NCBI GenBank assembly: GCA_963803435.1
Contig: CAWDML010000012.1
Location: forward strand, 64,001 to 128,000
Length of the DNA stretch: 64,000 nucleotides
Direction of reading: 5' to 3'
Source: an uncultured delta proteobacterium
Lineage (GTDB): Bacteria; Myxococcota; Kuafuiibacteriia; Kuafuiibacteriales; Kuafuiibacteriaceae
Positions 19,481 to 29,875 of this stretch are shown in pieces. The notes beneath the pieces are model-generated. The model was not told where the DNA came from and made no database searches. It saw only the letters and a list, made by a program, of their open reading frames with translations. Made by a program: the position numbers and the translations under genes. How positions within the stretch are numbered: the stretch's first letter is position 1; each line of letters starts with the position of its first letter.

Positions 19481-22363
19481 ATGCGTGCTCGACACCTTGG
19501 AGGTCTTTGCGGGTCGATCGGCGCCCTGCTCCTGCTGGTGGGAGCGGCGCCGCCCAGCTCTCCGGCGCAGGCCAAGGCCCAGCTCGAGGCGGCCGAGTCG
19601 GCGCTCGCCGCCGCGGCCGGCCGCCTGCAGCAGCAACCACCCCCGGAGGCCGACCTGACGGCGGCCGAGGCCGCGCTCGCGACGCTCAAGCGCGCGCTCG
19701 ATGAGGGCAGCCGGTTCGAGCCGAAGGATCTGGAGTACGCGAAGGCGGCGCTGGCCGCGCGCAAGGACCACCGGGCGAAGAGCGAATACGTACAACAGCG
19801 GCGGCTCGAGGCCAGTGTCGAGCTCGGCCTGCAGTCGATCGATCGGGCGCTGAGCGCCCTGAAGACCGCGGTGGACCGGACCGAGCACGACCCGACGCCG
19901 GACGCGTTCATCCGGGCGCGCGCCGCCGCGCTGGAGGTGAAGAAGGCGCTCGAGAGCGGTCGGACGCTGGCCGCGCAGAACGCGAAGTACGCCGCGCAGG
20001 TGAAGACCGCGGAGGCCGAGCTCGCGAAGCAGGCGCGAACGATCGACGAGCGCGAGCTGCGGATCAAGGTGGCGCAGCAGAGCGCCGCGCTCGAGCAGGC
20101 GAAGAACGCGCTCGACCACGCGCTCGATCAGCTCCAGGGAAAGGACATCGAGGACGCGCGCTATCAGCAGGCGGAGTCGGCCGCAGCCAGCCTCCGAGAT
20201 CTGCTGGCGTCGGGGAAGCCGCTGGAGGCCTCGGACAAGACGTATCGCGCGCAGGCCGCGAAGCTCGGTGCGTTCGTCCGGGACGCCAAGAAGCGGATCG
20301 ACGCCGAGTGGAGCGCCGCGGGGCTCGCCCGCCTGAAGGCGGAGATCGAGCCGGCGCGCGCCGAGCTTGCGCAGGCCGCCCGCGCCATGAAGGGCAAGCA
20401 GCCGACCGAGGATCAGCGCGCGCTGGCGCGGAACGCCGCGATCATCGTGGAGAAGCTGCTGGAGCGTTTTCGGCCGCTCGCCTCGAAGAGCCCGGCCTTT
20501 GCGAAGTACGTCAGCGAGGTCGAGGCGGCGCTGGTCGCGGTGCAGGTCGAGCTGCAGCGGCGCGGCGTGGAGGAGGCGCGCGCCGCCGTGGAGAAGTCAC
20601 TCGCGACCCTCAGAGGCCCGAACCCCTCGGACGTGCACTTCGAGGAGGCGAACGCGTCGATGGCCGCGTTCGAGAAGACGATCGACTCCGCGGTCAAGAA
20701 GGACGCCGAGTTCTCCCGGTGGCTCCAGGACCAGAAGGGATGGCTCGAGCGATCCCGCCGTGACGTCGGTGAACGAAGGACCGCGGTCGAGGTGCACCGG
20801 CAGAAGGAGGAGGTGCGCGCGGCGCGGGACGCGGTGGCCTCCGCCATGCGGCGGATCCAGGGACGCCGGCCCAAGGACGAGGAGTTCGACGAGGCAAAGA
20901 ACGCGCTGGCGGTGCTCGACCAGACCATCGCGAAGTCCAAGGCGGTGGCGCACAAGGACGCCGCCTTCGGCAAGTATCTGGCGGAGGCGAAGGACGCGCT
21001 GAAGCGTGCTCGGTCCGACGCCGAGAAGCGCCGGCTGGACGTCACGATCGATCTCCAGCGGGAGCGGGTGAGCGACGCGCTGGCGGCGGTGAACCACAGC
21101 CTCGCTCGCTTGCCGGGCCTCGACGAGGTGAAGGCGGGCGAGACCGCGGTGAACGCGCTCGATGAGGCGCTCACCGCCGGCAAGGAGCTCATGTCGAAGG
21201 ATCGGGCGTACGGACGCTACGCGAGGGACGCGGCGGCGGCGGGCGAGAGAGCCCGGACCCGGCTGGCCACCCGGCGGGACGAGATCGCGATTGACGCACA
21301 GAGATCGGCCGTCGAGCGCGAGCTGACCGGGCTGAGCAACGCGGTGGCGGCGCTCGACACCGTCGCCAGCCCGGCGGCGTTCGAGGGGGCGTCCAAGTCG
21401 CTGGCGGCGACGAAGAGCGCGCTCGACGCGGGCGCGGAGCTGGAGAAGCGGCTCCCGCAGTACCGGAAGTGGGCAGAGCAGGCGAGGAAGAGCGTGGATG
21501 CCCACCAGAAGCGGATCGACAAGCGCGCCCTCGAGGTCGCGGTCGGTGAGGGCACGACCGAGGTCGATCAGCGGGTTGCCGAGGCGAAGGCCGCGCTCGA
21601 CCGAGCGAAGCAGCCGTCGGCGACCGCTGCAGAGATCACGAAGGCCACCGCGGCCGCCCAGGCGGCGCGGACAGCGCTCGACAGTCGCGCGTCCCTCGAA
21701 AAGCGCGACAAGACCTACCACGCGCACGCGACGAAGCAGCGCGGAGAGCTCGACCGGCTCGAGGGGGAGATTGAGATGGCCGAGCACCTGATCGCGTTTC
21801 GACAGGGGCCGCTCACGGAGATGACGGCCGGGGTCGAAGCTGCCAAGGCCGCAGCTACCGCCGGCGATCTGGAGACGAAGAAGAGCCAGTACGAGAGGGC
21901 GGTCGAGCGCTTCGAGGCTTGCCGGCGAGACAGCGCGACCATGCTGGGAGACCACCCGCGGATCGCCTCGTCGGTGGTGCGGGTCGAGGAGGAGAGCGCG
22001 CAGGCGAAGGAGCTGATCACGATGTGCGCCGACCGGGCGCAGTCGGCGAAGGCCGAGCTCGACGCCGTCAACGCGGTCTTTGCTGTCGAGAACGGCCCGG
22101 TGAAGTCGCTCCAGGACGGCCAGGCGCGCGCGGCCGAGGCGACCAAGGCGACGGGCGACGACCAGCGACGCCTTCGAGAGGAAGCGCTGGCGAAGCTCGA
22201 GACCTGCCTGTCCGCCGGTCGGATCCTCCAGTATGAGCACCCCGAGCTGAAGGAGCGGAAGTTCGACGTCGGCGGGAAGAAGTTGACGCTGCCGGCGGTG
22301 ATCGACGCGTGCCAGCAGCGGGTGAAGCAGCTCCGAGCGCTGGTCGACTCGAAGAAGAGCTGA
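19481..22363 (+). CDS. Secreted alpha-helical tandem-repeat protein
   Basis: Signal peptide; about nine 80-85-aa Ala/Lys/Glu-rich repeats plus two C-terminal Cys-pair repeats. Confidence 0.8.
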   Translation: MRARHLGGLCGSIGALLLLVGAAPPSSPAQAKAQLEAAESALAAAAGRLQQQPPPEADLTAAEAALATLKRALDEGSRFEPKDLEYAKAALAARKDHRAKSEYVQQRRLEASVELGLQSIDRALSALKTAVDRTEHDPTPDAFIRARAAALEVKKALESGRTLAAQNAKYAAQVKTAEAELAKQARTIDERELRIKVAQQSAALEQAKNALDHALDQLQGKDIEDARYQQAESAAASLRDLLASGKPLEASDKTYRAQAAKLGAFVRDAKKRIDAEWSAAGLARLKAEIEPARAELAQAARAMKGKQPTEDQRALARNAAIIVEKLLERFRPLASKSPAFAKYVSEVEAALVAVQVELQRRGVEEARAAVEKSLATLRGPNPSDVHFEEANASMAAFEKTIDSAVKKDAEFSRWLQDQKGWLERSRRDVGERRTAVEVHRQKEEVRAARDAVASAMRRIQGRRPKDEEFDEAKNALAVLDQTIAKSKAVAHKDAAFGKYLAEAKDALKRARSDAEKRRLDVTIDLQRERVSDALAAVNHSLARLPGLDEVKAGETAVNALDEALTAGKELMSKDRAYGRYARDAAAAGERARTRLATRRDEIAIDAQRSAVERELTGLSNAVAALDTVASPAAFEGASKSLAATKSALDAGAELEKRLPQYRKWAEQARKSVDAHQKRIDKRALEVAVGEGTTEVDQRVAEAKAALDRAKQPSATAAEITKATAAAQAARTALDSRASLEKRDKTYHAHATKQRGELDRLEGEIEMAEHLIAFRQGPLTEMTAGVEAAKAAATAGDLETKKSQYERAVERFEACRRDSATMLGDHPRIASSVVRVEEESAQAKELITMCADRAQSAKAELDAVNAVFAVENGPVKSLQDGQARAAEATKATGDDQRRLREEALAKLETCLSAGRILQYEHPELKERKFDVGGKKLTLPAVIDACQQRVKQLRALVDSKKS

Positions 22364-22380
22364 GCCCCGGGATCACGTCG

Positions 22381-23661
22381 TCAGGGACCGATCATCTCCT
22401 TGCCCATGTACGGGACCAGCGCTTTGGGCAGCCGCACGGAGCCGTCAGGCTGCTGCCCGTGCTCGATGATCGCGGCCCAGATCCGCGGCGTGGCGATGCC
22501 CGAGCCGTTGAGCGCCTGGAGAAACTCCGGTTTCGCGCCTGCGTCGCGGCGGAAGCGCGTGTTTCCGCGACGAGTCTGGAAGTCGGTGAACACGCCGACC
22601 GACGAGACCTCGAGCCACCGATCGACGCCCGGCGAGTACACCTCGAGGTCGTAGATCCGCGAGGACGAGAAGGTCAGGTCACCGGCGCAGAGAGCGACGA
22701 CGCGGTACGGGAGCTCCAGCACGCGGAGCGTCTTCTCGGCGTCGCCCAGCAGATCCTGGAACTCCGCGTCCACCTGTTCGGGCGCACAGAGGCGGACCAG
22801 CTCGACCTTGTGGAACTCGTGCAAGCGCTGGAGCCCGCGCGTGTCCTTGCCCGCGGACCCGGCCTCGCGCCGGAAGCAGACCGTGTACGCCATGTATCGC
22901 TTGGGGAGCTCGTCGAAGGCGAGGATCTCGCCGCGGTGCATCGACGTCAGCGGAACCTCGCCGGTCGGGATCACCCAGAGCTCGTCCGCGGCCAGCTTGT
23001 AGGCGTCGTCTGCGAACTTGGGCAGGTGGCCGGTGCTCGTGAACGTCTCGGTGGTGACGAAGTGCGGCGGCAAGATCTCCTCGTGCTTGGCGCCGTGGAG
23101 ATCGAGGCCGAACTGAACGAGCGCGCGAAGCAGGCGTGCCCCATCGTTCTTGAGCAGCGCGAACATCGAGCCGCTCAGCTTGGCCGCGCGCTCGGCATCG
23201 TAGATCCCGAGCCGGGTCCCGATGTCCCAGTGCGTGTTCCAGGTCTTTCCCTTGAACCGCTCGGGGTCGTATCCCTCGCTGCGGAGGACGACGTTGTCCT
23301 GATCCCCCTTGCCCTCGGGGCAACGATCGTCGGGCAGGTTCGGGATCCGGAGGAGGAGATCGTCGACCTCCACCTCGAGGCGTCCGAGCTTCTCCTCCTC
23401 CTCCGCGAGCTGCTGCTTCAGCTTCGCGACCTCCGCCTTCATCGCGTCCGCCTCGGCCTTCTTGCCCTGCTTGAAGAGGCCGCCGATCTCCGACGAGCGC
23501 TTGTTCAGATCGGCCCGCAGGTTGTCGACGCGCGTGGTCGTGCTCTTCCGCTCCTTGAGCATCGTACCGGCGCGCTCGACGGTCTCCCGATCCACACCCT
23601 TGCGGGCGAGGCGACGGGCCGTGTTGTCGAAGTCGTTCAAGAAGAGGTTGCGATCCAGCAT
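22381..23661 (-). CDS. serS: Serine--tRNA ligase
   Basis: MLD start, coiled-coil arm, IPNLP, PTGEVPL, FRREAGSAGKDTRGL.RLHEFHKVE and LNGSGIA. Confidence 0.97.
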   Translation of the reverse strand: MLDRNLFLNDFDNTARRLARKGVDRETVERAGTMLKERKSTTTRVDNLRADLNKRSSEIGGLFKQGKKAEADAMKAEVAKLKQQLAEEEEKLGRLEVEVDDLLLRIPNLPDDRCPEGKGDQDNVVLRSEGYDPERFKGKTWNTHWDIGTRLGIYDAERAAKLSGSMFALLKNDGARLLRALVQFGLDLHGAKHEEILPPHFVTTETFTSTGHLPKFADDAYKLAADELWVIPTGEVPLTSMHRGEILAFDELPKRYMAYTVCFRREAGSAGKDTRGLQRLHEFHKVELVRLCAPEQVDAEFQDLLGDAEKTLRVLELPYRVVALCAGDLTFSSSRIYDLEVYSPGVDRWLEVSSVGVFTDFQTRRGNTRFRRDAGAKPEFLQALNGSGIATPRIWAAIIEHGQQPDGSVRLPKALVPYMGKEMIGP

Positions 23662-23775
23662 CCGGACGCCATCCAACGCAAATCACTGACCGGCGTCAAC
23701 GCTGATATGAAGAAGGGATGATGCGGGAGAGCGATCACAGGTAACCCGGAGCCAGCTTCGCGCTACGCTGACGGC

Positions 23776-25572
23776 ATGTCCGATCAACCCACCCGTCGCA
23801 CCGACATCACGGGCGGCGGACCCCCCGGCGAGGGGCTCGAGCTCTCCATCACGGATACGGGCGCGTTCGAAGCGCGCTACCTGAAGAAGGAGCTGCTCGG
23901 TCGGGGCGGAATGGGCGAGGTCTTCCTCTGCGAGGATCGGTCCATCGGACGCGAGGTCGCGCTGAAGGTCATCCGGGCGCAACACCTCGGGAGCGCCGAG
24001 CACCAGGTTCGCTTCCTCCGCGAGGCGCGCGTCCAGGGTCGACTCCAGCATCCGGCGATCGTCCCCATCCACGAGCTCGGCCGGTCTCCCGAGCTGGGGC
24101 CGTACTTCATCATGAAGCGGGTCCACGGTCAGACGTTGCGCCAGGTGTTGAACACCCTCCGCGACGGCGCGGCGCCGGAGTACACGCGGGCCAAGCTGCT
24201 GGCGGCCTTCCGCCAGCTCTGCCTCGCCATCGACTACGCGCATTCGCACGGCGTGGTGCACCGCGATCTCAAACCGTCCAACGTGATGCTCGGCGACTTC
24301 GGAGAGGTCCACGTGCTCGACTGGGGGCTGGCGAAGTGGCTCGACCGCGACGGCCTCGCGCCCGATCTCGACGCGACGCTCGGCGGCGCGGTCATGGGCA
24401 CGCCCGGATACATGGCGCCCGAGCAACGCGCCAGCGACGCGATCGACGAGCGCACCGACATCTACGCGCTCGGCGCCATCCTGTACGAGATCCTCACGCT
24501 GCGTCCGCTGGCGCCGCGGGCCTCGGATCGCGAGGAGCAGCCGACCGCCCCCATGGCGGCCTCCACCGACGTGACGGTCGTCCGCGACCCGACCCTCGCG
24601 CCCGAGCTTCAGGCGATCTGCGCGAAGGCGACGCGCACCGAGGCCGCGCTGCGCCACCGATCCGTGCACGAGCTCCTCGAGGAGCTCGATCGCTACCTCG
24701 AAGGGGATCGGGACCTCGAGCTCCGGCGCTCCCTCGCCCGCGTGCAGGCGGCGTCCGCGACCGCGCTCGTCGATCGCGTGCTGGCGAACGCTCCCGAGGC
24801 CACCGACCGGGACCGCGCCGAGGCGATGCGCGAGGTCAGCCGCGCGCTGGCCCTCGATCCCGATCATCTGCCGGCGCGTCATGCGCTGGTGCGTCTCCTG
24901 GTCAATCCGCCGGCGCGCCTCCCCGAGGCGGTGGGCAAGCGCATCCGAGAGTCCTGGCTCGGGCTCCTGCAGTCGGGCGCGCGGGCGGGCGTCGTCATCC
25001 AAGTATTGCTCGCCGCCCTCTTCCTCCCGCTGGTGTTGATGATGGGCGTTCGAGACTGGGTGGCCGCCCTCGCCTTCCTGGGCTTCCACGTGCTCCTCAC
25101 CGCCGGCGCCGCTCTCGACGGGTGGGTGGCGGTGTCGACCAAGCCCTACACTCGCCCGCTGCACCTGTTCGTCGCGTTCCTGGCGGCCACCGCGGCGAGC
25201 CGGTTGTTCGGGCCGTTGGTCTTCGCTCCCAGCCTGGCGGCCGGTTTCCTCAGCGCGTTGATGTTTCACGCCCGCAAGAACGAGGTCCCGGCGATGGTCG
25301 CGCTCACGGTCCTCGGCATCATCGCGCCGGTCGGCCTCGAGTACGCCGGGATCCTCCCCCGCTCGTACGCGTTCACCGGCGACGCAATGCTCATCCACGC
25401 GCAGATGGCCGGTCTCCGCGAGGTCCCGTCGATGCTGTTCCTCGTCATCGCTACCATCGCCGCCGTGCTCATCCCGGCCATCAACCTGTGGCGCGTTCGC
25501 GGCGAGCTCGATCGCGCACAGGCCGAGCTCGCGGTGCGCGCCTGGCACCTGGAGACGCTGATGGAGGGTTGA
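23776..25572 (+). CDS. Ser/Thr protein kinase with C-terminal multi-pass membrane domain
   Basis: [34 protein letters not shown]; about six C-terminal TM helices. Confidence 0.92.
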   Translation: MSDQPTRRTDITGGGPPGEGLELSITDTGAFEARYLKKELLGRGGMGEVFLCEDRSIGREVALKVIRAQHLGSAEHQVRFLREARVQGRLQHPAIVPIHELGRSPELGPYFIMKRVHGQTLRQVLNTLRDGAAPEYTRAKLLAAFRQLCLAIDYAHSHGVVHRDLKPSNVMLGDFGEVHVLDWGLAKWLDRDGLAPDLDATLGGAVMGTPGYMAPEQRASDAIDERTDIYALGAILYEILTLRPLAPRASDREEQPTAPMAASTDVTVVRDPTLAPELQAICAKATRTEAALRHRSVHELLEELDRYLEGDRDLELRRSLARVQAASATALVDRVLANAPEATDRDRAEAMREVSRALALDPDHLPARHALVRLLVNPPARLPEAVGKRIRESWLGLLQSGARAGVVIQVLLAALFLPLVLMMGVRDWVAALAFLGFHVLLTAGAALDGWVAVSTKPYTRPLHLFVAFLAATAASRLFGPLVFAPSLAAGFLSALMFHARKNEVPAMVALTVLGIIAPVGLEYAGILPRSYAFTGDAMLIHAQMAGLREVPSMLFLVIATIAAVLIPAINLWRVRGELDRAQAELAVRAWHLETLMEG

Positions 25573-25582
25573 CGGGATCCGC

Positions 25583-26428
25583 TCACCAGAAGTGGAGCAG
25601 CGCCCACACCCCGATCGACACCGGCCACAGATAGTACGCGAACTTGTGGAGGCCGCCGCGCTTCACCAGCGCCACCAGCATGATCAGCGCTCCATAGCCC
25701 ACGACCAGCGCGGTGGCGAAGCCGATGGCGAGGGGGAGAAACGACCCGCCCTCGAGCTTCACGCCGTCCTTCAGGGTGAGCACCACCGCGCCCGCGATCG
25801 CAGGGATGAAGAGCATGAAGGAGAAGCGCGCGGCTTGCTCGCGCCGCATCCCCAGGAGGAGCGCCACCGCGATGGTAGATCCGGAGCGTGAGATGCCGGG
25901 CGTGATCGCGATGCCCTGGGCGATCCCGATCAAGAGCGCGGTGGTCGGTGTCAAGGCGGCTTGCACCTTCTCGGCGCGCTCGGCGAACAGCTTGGTCGAG
26001 AAGAGGAGACAGCCCGTCACGAACAGCGCGACGCAGACCGCGCTGGCGCTCTGGAAGAGGCGCTCGAACTCGTGCTTGAGCGCAACGCCCATGATCCCCG
26101 TGGGGATGGTGGCGACCACGACCATCGCGGCGAGCCACCGGTGCTCGTCACCGCGGAGCCAGGCGAGGACACCACCCGCGTACCCGAACGGCGACGCTCC
26201 GAAGATCGCCGCGAGGATCTTCTGGAGGTCCCTCCGGTAGAACCACAGGACCGGGAGCAGCGTACCCAGATGGAGCACCAGATCGAAGACGACGGCTTGC
26301 TCGAGGAACGTGAAGCGATCGCCGAGCCACTGCTGGAAGAGCACGAGGTGTCCCGAACTGGAGACCGGGAGGAACTCCGTCAGGCCCTGAATCGCGCCGA
26401 GGATCAACGCTTGAAGCCAGGCAGGCAC
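25583..26428 (-). CDS. uppP: Undecaprenyl-diphosphate phosphatase
   Basis: QGLTEFLPVSSSGHL and PGISRSGST motifs. Confidence 0.96.
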   Translation of the reverse strand: MPAWLQALILGAIQGLTEFLPVSSSGHLVLFQQWLGDRFTFLEQAVVFDLVLHLGTLLPVLWFYRRDLQKILAAIFGASPFGYAGGVLAWLRGDEHRWLAAMVVVATIPTGIMGVALKHEFERLFQSASAVCVALFVTGCLLFSTKLFAERAEKVQAALTPTTALLIGIAQGIAITPGISRSGSTIAVALLLGMRREQAARFSFMLFIPAIAGAVVLTLKDGVKLEGGSFLPLAIGFATALVVGYGALIMLVALVKRGGLHKFAYYLWPVSIGVWALLHFW

Positions 26429-26439
26429 GGCGGCGGATG

Positions 26440-27531
26440 TTACTCGGTACAGGCGATCGGCTCGACCTTGCAGACGCTGTCTTCACACGTGTGCCCGGGG
26501 AAGCACTCGGCCGTGCCGGTGCATGCCTCCTCCGGAAACACGGAGGCCGCGCACCTTCCGCCGGCGCAGTGGGACAGGTAACAGCCGCCGGGGTCGCAGG
26601 GAGCGCCGGCGATCGGTCGCGGGTGACAGGCCATGATCCCGACCGAGCTGGTGCAGGCCAGCCCCTCGGCACACGGGCGCGTATCTTCGCGGCACGGCTC
26701 TTCACCCGCGAGCCCGGCCACGCACTTGCCGCCGAAGCAGAACAGATCGCCGCGGCAATCGGCCGCATCGACGCACACGTCTCCATCCTCACCGGCCGAG
26801 CAGCGGTTCGCGATGCAGCGCGCGCCGACCAGACACTCGAAGGAAGAGTTACAGCCCTGGCCGCGGCCCTTCACGCTCACGCAGGTCATCTGAGCCGGGT
26901 TCGATCCGTCGCAGGAGCCGCCGTCTCGGCACGGGTTGTTGTCGAGGGTCAGCTCACAGGTACCGTTCAGGTCGACGCGGGCGTGGCAGCGCATGGCGGT
27001 GACCGAGCAGAACAGATCTTGCGCGCACGGCTGTCCGATCCCGCAGGTCTCGTTGTTCTGGCGATAGGCGCGGCAGCGTCCGGGACAGCCGTTCTCGGCG
27101 ACGCAGTGGAAGCCGTCGGCACAGGCCAGACCGATCGCACACGGGGCACCGTCCTCCCCCCCGCCGCTGACCATGCCGCGGCACGCGTCGATCTCGAGGA
27201 GATCGTGCTGGAGCCCCACGCTGCAGTCGAGCCCTCCGACCTCGTCGCGACAGTCGCGGGCTGCCAGCTCGAAGTACGTCAGCGCGCCGTCGTCGACCGC
27301 GGCCTCGAGCGCGGCCGCGATCGGCGCGCACAGCACCTGCTCCTGGCGCAGCTGGCAGAGCTGCGGATCGAAGGGCGGCTCCAGCGCGCCGCACTCGTTC
27401 AAGCGGTTGCAGTCGGCGCGCGCCACCTCGGCGCAGAGCGTGTCGAGCGGGATCGGGACCTCGACGCGAGGCGGGGGCTCCTTCTTCGAGCAGGCGCCGG
27501 CGAGGAGCAGCAGGGGCACGAGTCGGCGCAT
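26440..27531 (-). CDS. Cysteine-rich lipoprotein (myxobacterial disulfide-rich repeats)
   Basis: Lipobox LAGAC; many G..C.....C..G..C repeats. Confidence 0.8.
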   Translation of the reverse strand: MRRLVPLLLLAGACSKKEPPPRVEVPIPLDTLCAEVARADCNRLNECGALEPPFDPQLCQLRQEQVLCAPIAAALEAAVDDGALTYFELAARDCRDEVGGLDCSVGLQHDLLEIDACRGMVSGGGEDGAPCAIGLACADGFHCVAENGCPGRCRAYRQNNETCGIGQPCAQDLFCSVTAMRCHARVDLNGTCELTLDNNPCRDGGSCDGSNPAQMTCVSVKGRGQGCNSSFECLVGARCIANRCSAGEDGDVCVDAADCRGDLFCFGGKCVAGLAGEEPCREDTRPCAEGLACTSSVGIMACHPRPIAGAPCDPGGCYLSHCAGGRCAASVFPEEACTGTAECFPGHTCEDSVCKVEPIACTE

Positions 27532-27536
27532 GCGGA

Positions 27537-28988
27537 TCAACTCCGGCGCCGGACCTCGAGCATCAGGCCTTCGACGTGCACCACCTCGATGTCCTCGTTC
27601 GCGCCGATGGACTCGCTCGACTTGGCCTGCCAGTACTCGCCGCCGACGAACACCTGACCGCCCGAGGGCCCGACGGGCTTCAGCACCTTGCCGCGTGCGC
27701 CCACCAGCCCCTCGCTGCCGGTGATCGGCTTGGTGTGGCGGGACCGCACCGCAAAGTAGGAGAGCAGGAACGTGAAGGTCACGGACGTGATCACCACCGG
27801 CAGCACGTCGATCCAGGTGAGGCGGACCATCGGATCGATCGCGAAGTCCGGATCGCCGACGTCGATGACGAGCGTCAACCCGATCGCGAGCACCAGGCTC
27901 CCCAGCACGGCGAGAGCGCCGTGGGTGGGGGTGAAGAACTCGGTGATGATGAGGCCGATCCCCGCCAGGATCAGGATGACGGCGCCGGTGTCGATCGGCA
28001 GCTGCTCGAGAGAGATCGCCGCGATCAGGATGCAGAGCACTCCGATCGCGCCGGGGATCCAGGTGCCCGGTGCCTTGACCTCGATGATGATCCCCATGAT
28101 GCCGATCAGCGCGAGGATCATCGCGATGGTCGGGTTGGCGAGGAAGTTCAACAGCCAGCTGCGCAGCGACGGCGTGTACTCGACGACCGGCGCACCCTTG
28201 GTGCGGAGCTCGACCTTGGTGCCGTGAACCATCAGCTGGTAGCCGTCCAGCTGATCGAGGAGGTCGCTCCGGTCCCGTGCGATCAGATCGATCACACCGA
28301 GCTCGAGCGCCTTGTCGGAGGTCGCCGAGACCGACTCGAGCACCGCGTCCTTTGCCCAGGCCTCGTTCCGGTTGCGCTCCCGGGCGATCCCTTCGACGAA
28401 GGCGACCAGGTCGTTCTCGACCTTCTGCGCCATGTGCTTGCCGCCCTCTTCGGGATCACCGCCGGAGCCGGTCACCGGGTGGGCCGCGCCGATCCGCGTG
28501 GCGGGGGCCATCGCGGCGACGTTGGCCGCCAGCGTGATGAACGTGCCGGCGCTGGCGGCGTGGGCCCCGCTCGGTGTCACGTACACGATGATCGGGATCT
28601 TCGAGCCGAGCATCGCCTTCACCATGTCCTCGGTGGTGCTGACCAGGCCTCCGGGTGTGTCGAGCTCGATGAGGATCGCCTGCCGCTTCTCGGCCTCGGC
28701 GCGGGCGATGGCGTCGATCGTGAACTCGCCCATGCCAGGGTTCACGATGCCGTCGAAGCGGATCAGCGCGATGCTGCCGGAGAGCTGCTCCGGATCGCCC
28801 TCGGGGAGCGCCACCTTGGCGGGCCTGGGGTAGCTCTTCGGCGCCGCGTCGTCCGGCTTCGCGTCCTCGTCGGGCTTCTTGTCGTCGTGCTGCTCGAACT
28901 TCTGGGGCTCGAGAAACGGCAGCTGCGCGAAGGCGCTGCGCGCGACCAGGAGCGAAGCCACGATGAGGAGTGTGTGTGCGGTCCGCAT
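27537..28988 (-). CDS. nfeD: NfeD-family membrane serine protease (long form)
   Basis: ELDTPGG, AASAG, IGAAHPV, TM domain and C-terminal OB fold (GQVFVGGEYWQA). Confidence 0.92.
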   Translation of the reverse strand: MRTAHTLLIVASLLVARSAFAQLPFLEPQKFEQHDDKKPDEDAKPDDAAPKSYPRPAKVALPEGDPEQLSGSIALIRFDGIVNPGMGEFTIDAIARAEAEKRQAILIELDTPGGLVSTTEDMVKAMLGSKIPIIVYVTPSGAHAASAGTFITLAANVAAMAPATRIGAAHPVTGSGGDPEEGGKHMAQKVENDLVAFVEGIARERNRNEAWAKDAVLESVSATSDKALELGVIDLIARDRSDLLDQLDGYQLMVHGTKVELRTKGAPVVEYTPSLRSWLLNFLANPTIAMILALIGIMGIIIEVKAPGTWIPGAIGVLCILIAAISLEQLPIDTGAVILILAGIGLIITEFFTPTHGALAVLGSLVLAIGLTLVIDVGDPDFAIDPMVRLTWIDVLPVVITSVTFTFLLSYFAVRSRHTKPITGSEGLVGARGKVLKPVGPSGGQVFVGGEYWQAKSSESIGANEDIEVVHVEGLMLEVRRRS

Positions 28989-28990
28989 GA

Positions 28991-29875
28991 TTAGCCTCGC
29001 TTCGGGATCGGCCATCCCATGAAACGCAGGACCTCCTGGATGTCCTGCCAGGTGGCGCGCTTGTCGGCCGGGTTCCGGAGCAAGTACGCAGGATGGAACG
29101 TCGGCATCACCGGAGTCCCATTATAGTCCTGCCACTTGCCGCGTAATCTCATCATGCCGGTCGTGGTCGAAAGCAGCGTTTGCGCCGCGAACCTGCCGAG
29201 TGTGACGATCACCTTGGGGTTCACCAGGCGGATCTGCGCCTCCAGGAAGGGGCGGCAGACCTCGATCTCGTCCGGCTCCGGGTTCCGGTTCTGCGGCGGG
29301 CGGCACTTCACGCCGTTCGCGATGTAGACGTCGCCCCGGCGCATGCCCATCCCCCCCTCGATGATCTTGGTGAGGAGCTGTCCCGCCTTGCCGACGAACG
29401 GCTCGCCCTGGAGGTCCTCGTCGGCGCCCGGACCTTCGCCGACGAACATGATGTCGGCAGCCGGATTGCCCACGCCGAACACCACCTGGCGGCGCCCCAG
29501 GCCCCCGAGCTTGCAGCGCTTGCAGTCGCCGAGGACCTCGCGCACCTCGTCGAGGCTCGAGCACTTTTCGAGGAGCGACACGACCACGGGGAGCTTCTTC
29601 GGCGGGGGCGGCGCGGGCGCGTGTTGAAAGAGCGGCGGGGGCTCCTCGATCGGAGGCTCGTCGTCGAAGGGCGGCTCGGGATCGGGTTGGGGCTCCGGCT
29701 CGCCCGCGCGGGGCTCGGGCTCGGGCTCGAGCGCGCGGGGTTCGGGTTCGGGCTCGGGCGCGTCGTTTGCGGAGAGTGGAGGGAGCTCGGGCGGGACGAT
29801 TCCGGTGCGCGCGGCCCATTCGAGCTCGGTGCGCAGCTGTCGGATCATGATCCCCAGATCGGCAAAGTCGCTCAT
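28991..29875 (-). CDS. udg: Family 4 uracil-DNA glycosylase with Pro/Glu-rich N-terminal linker
   Basis: [27 protein letters not shown] and TFHPAYLLR. Confidence 0.93.
   Translation of the reverse strand: MSDFADLGIMIRQLRTELEWAARTGIVPPELPPLSANDAPEPEPEPRALEPEPEPRAGEPEPQPDPEPPFDDEPPIEEPPPLFQHAPAPPPPKKLPVVVSLLEKCSSLDEVREVLGDCKRCKLGGLGRRQVVFGVGNPAADIMFVGEGPGADEDLQGEPFVGKAGQLLTKIIEGGMGMRRGDVYIANGVKCRPPQNRNPEPDEIEVCRPFLEAQIRLVNPKVIVTLGRFAAQTLLSTTTGMMRLRGKWQDYNGTPVMPTFHPAYLLRNPADKRATWQDIQEVLRFMGWPIPKRG

Noticed and set aside
29680-29760. Tandem GAGCCC/GAACCC repeats
   Set aside because: They encode the Pro-Glu linker of the UDG and are not a CRISPR array or contingency locus.
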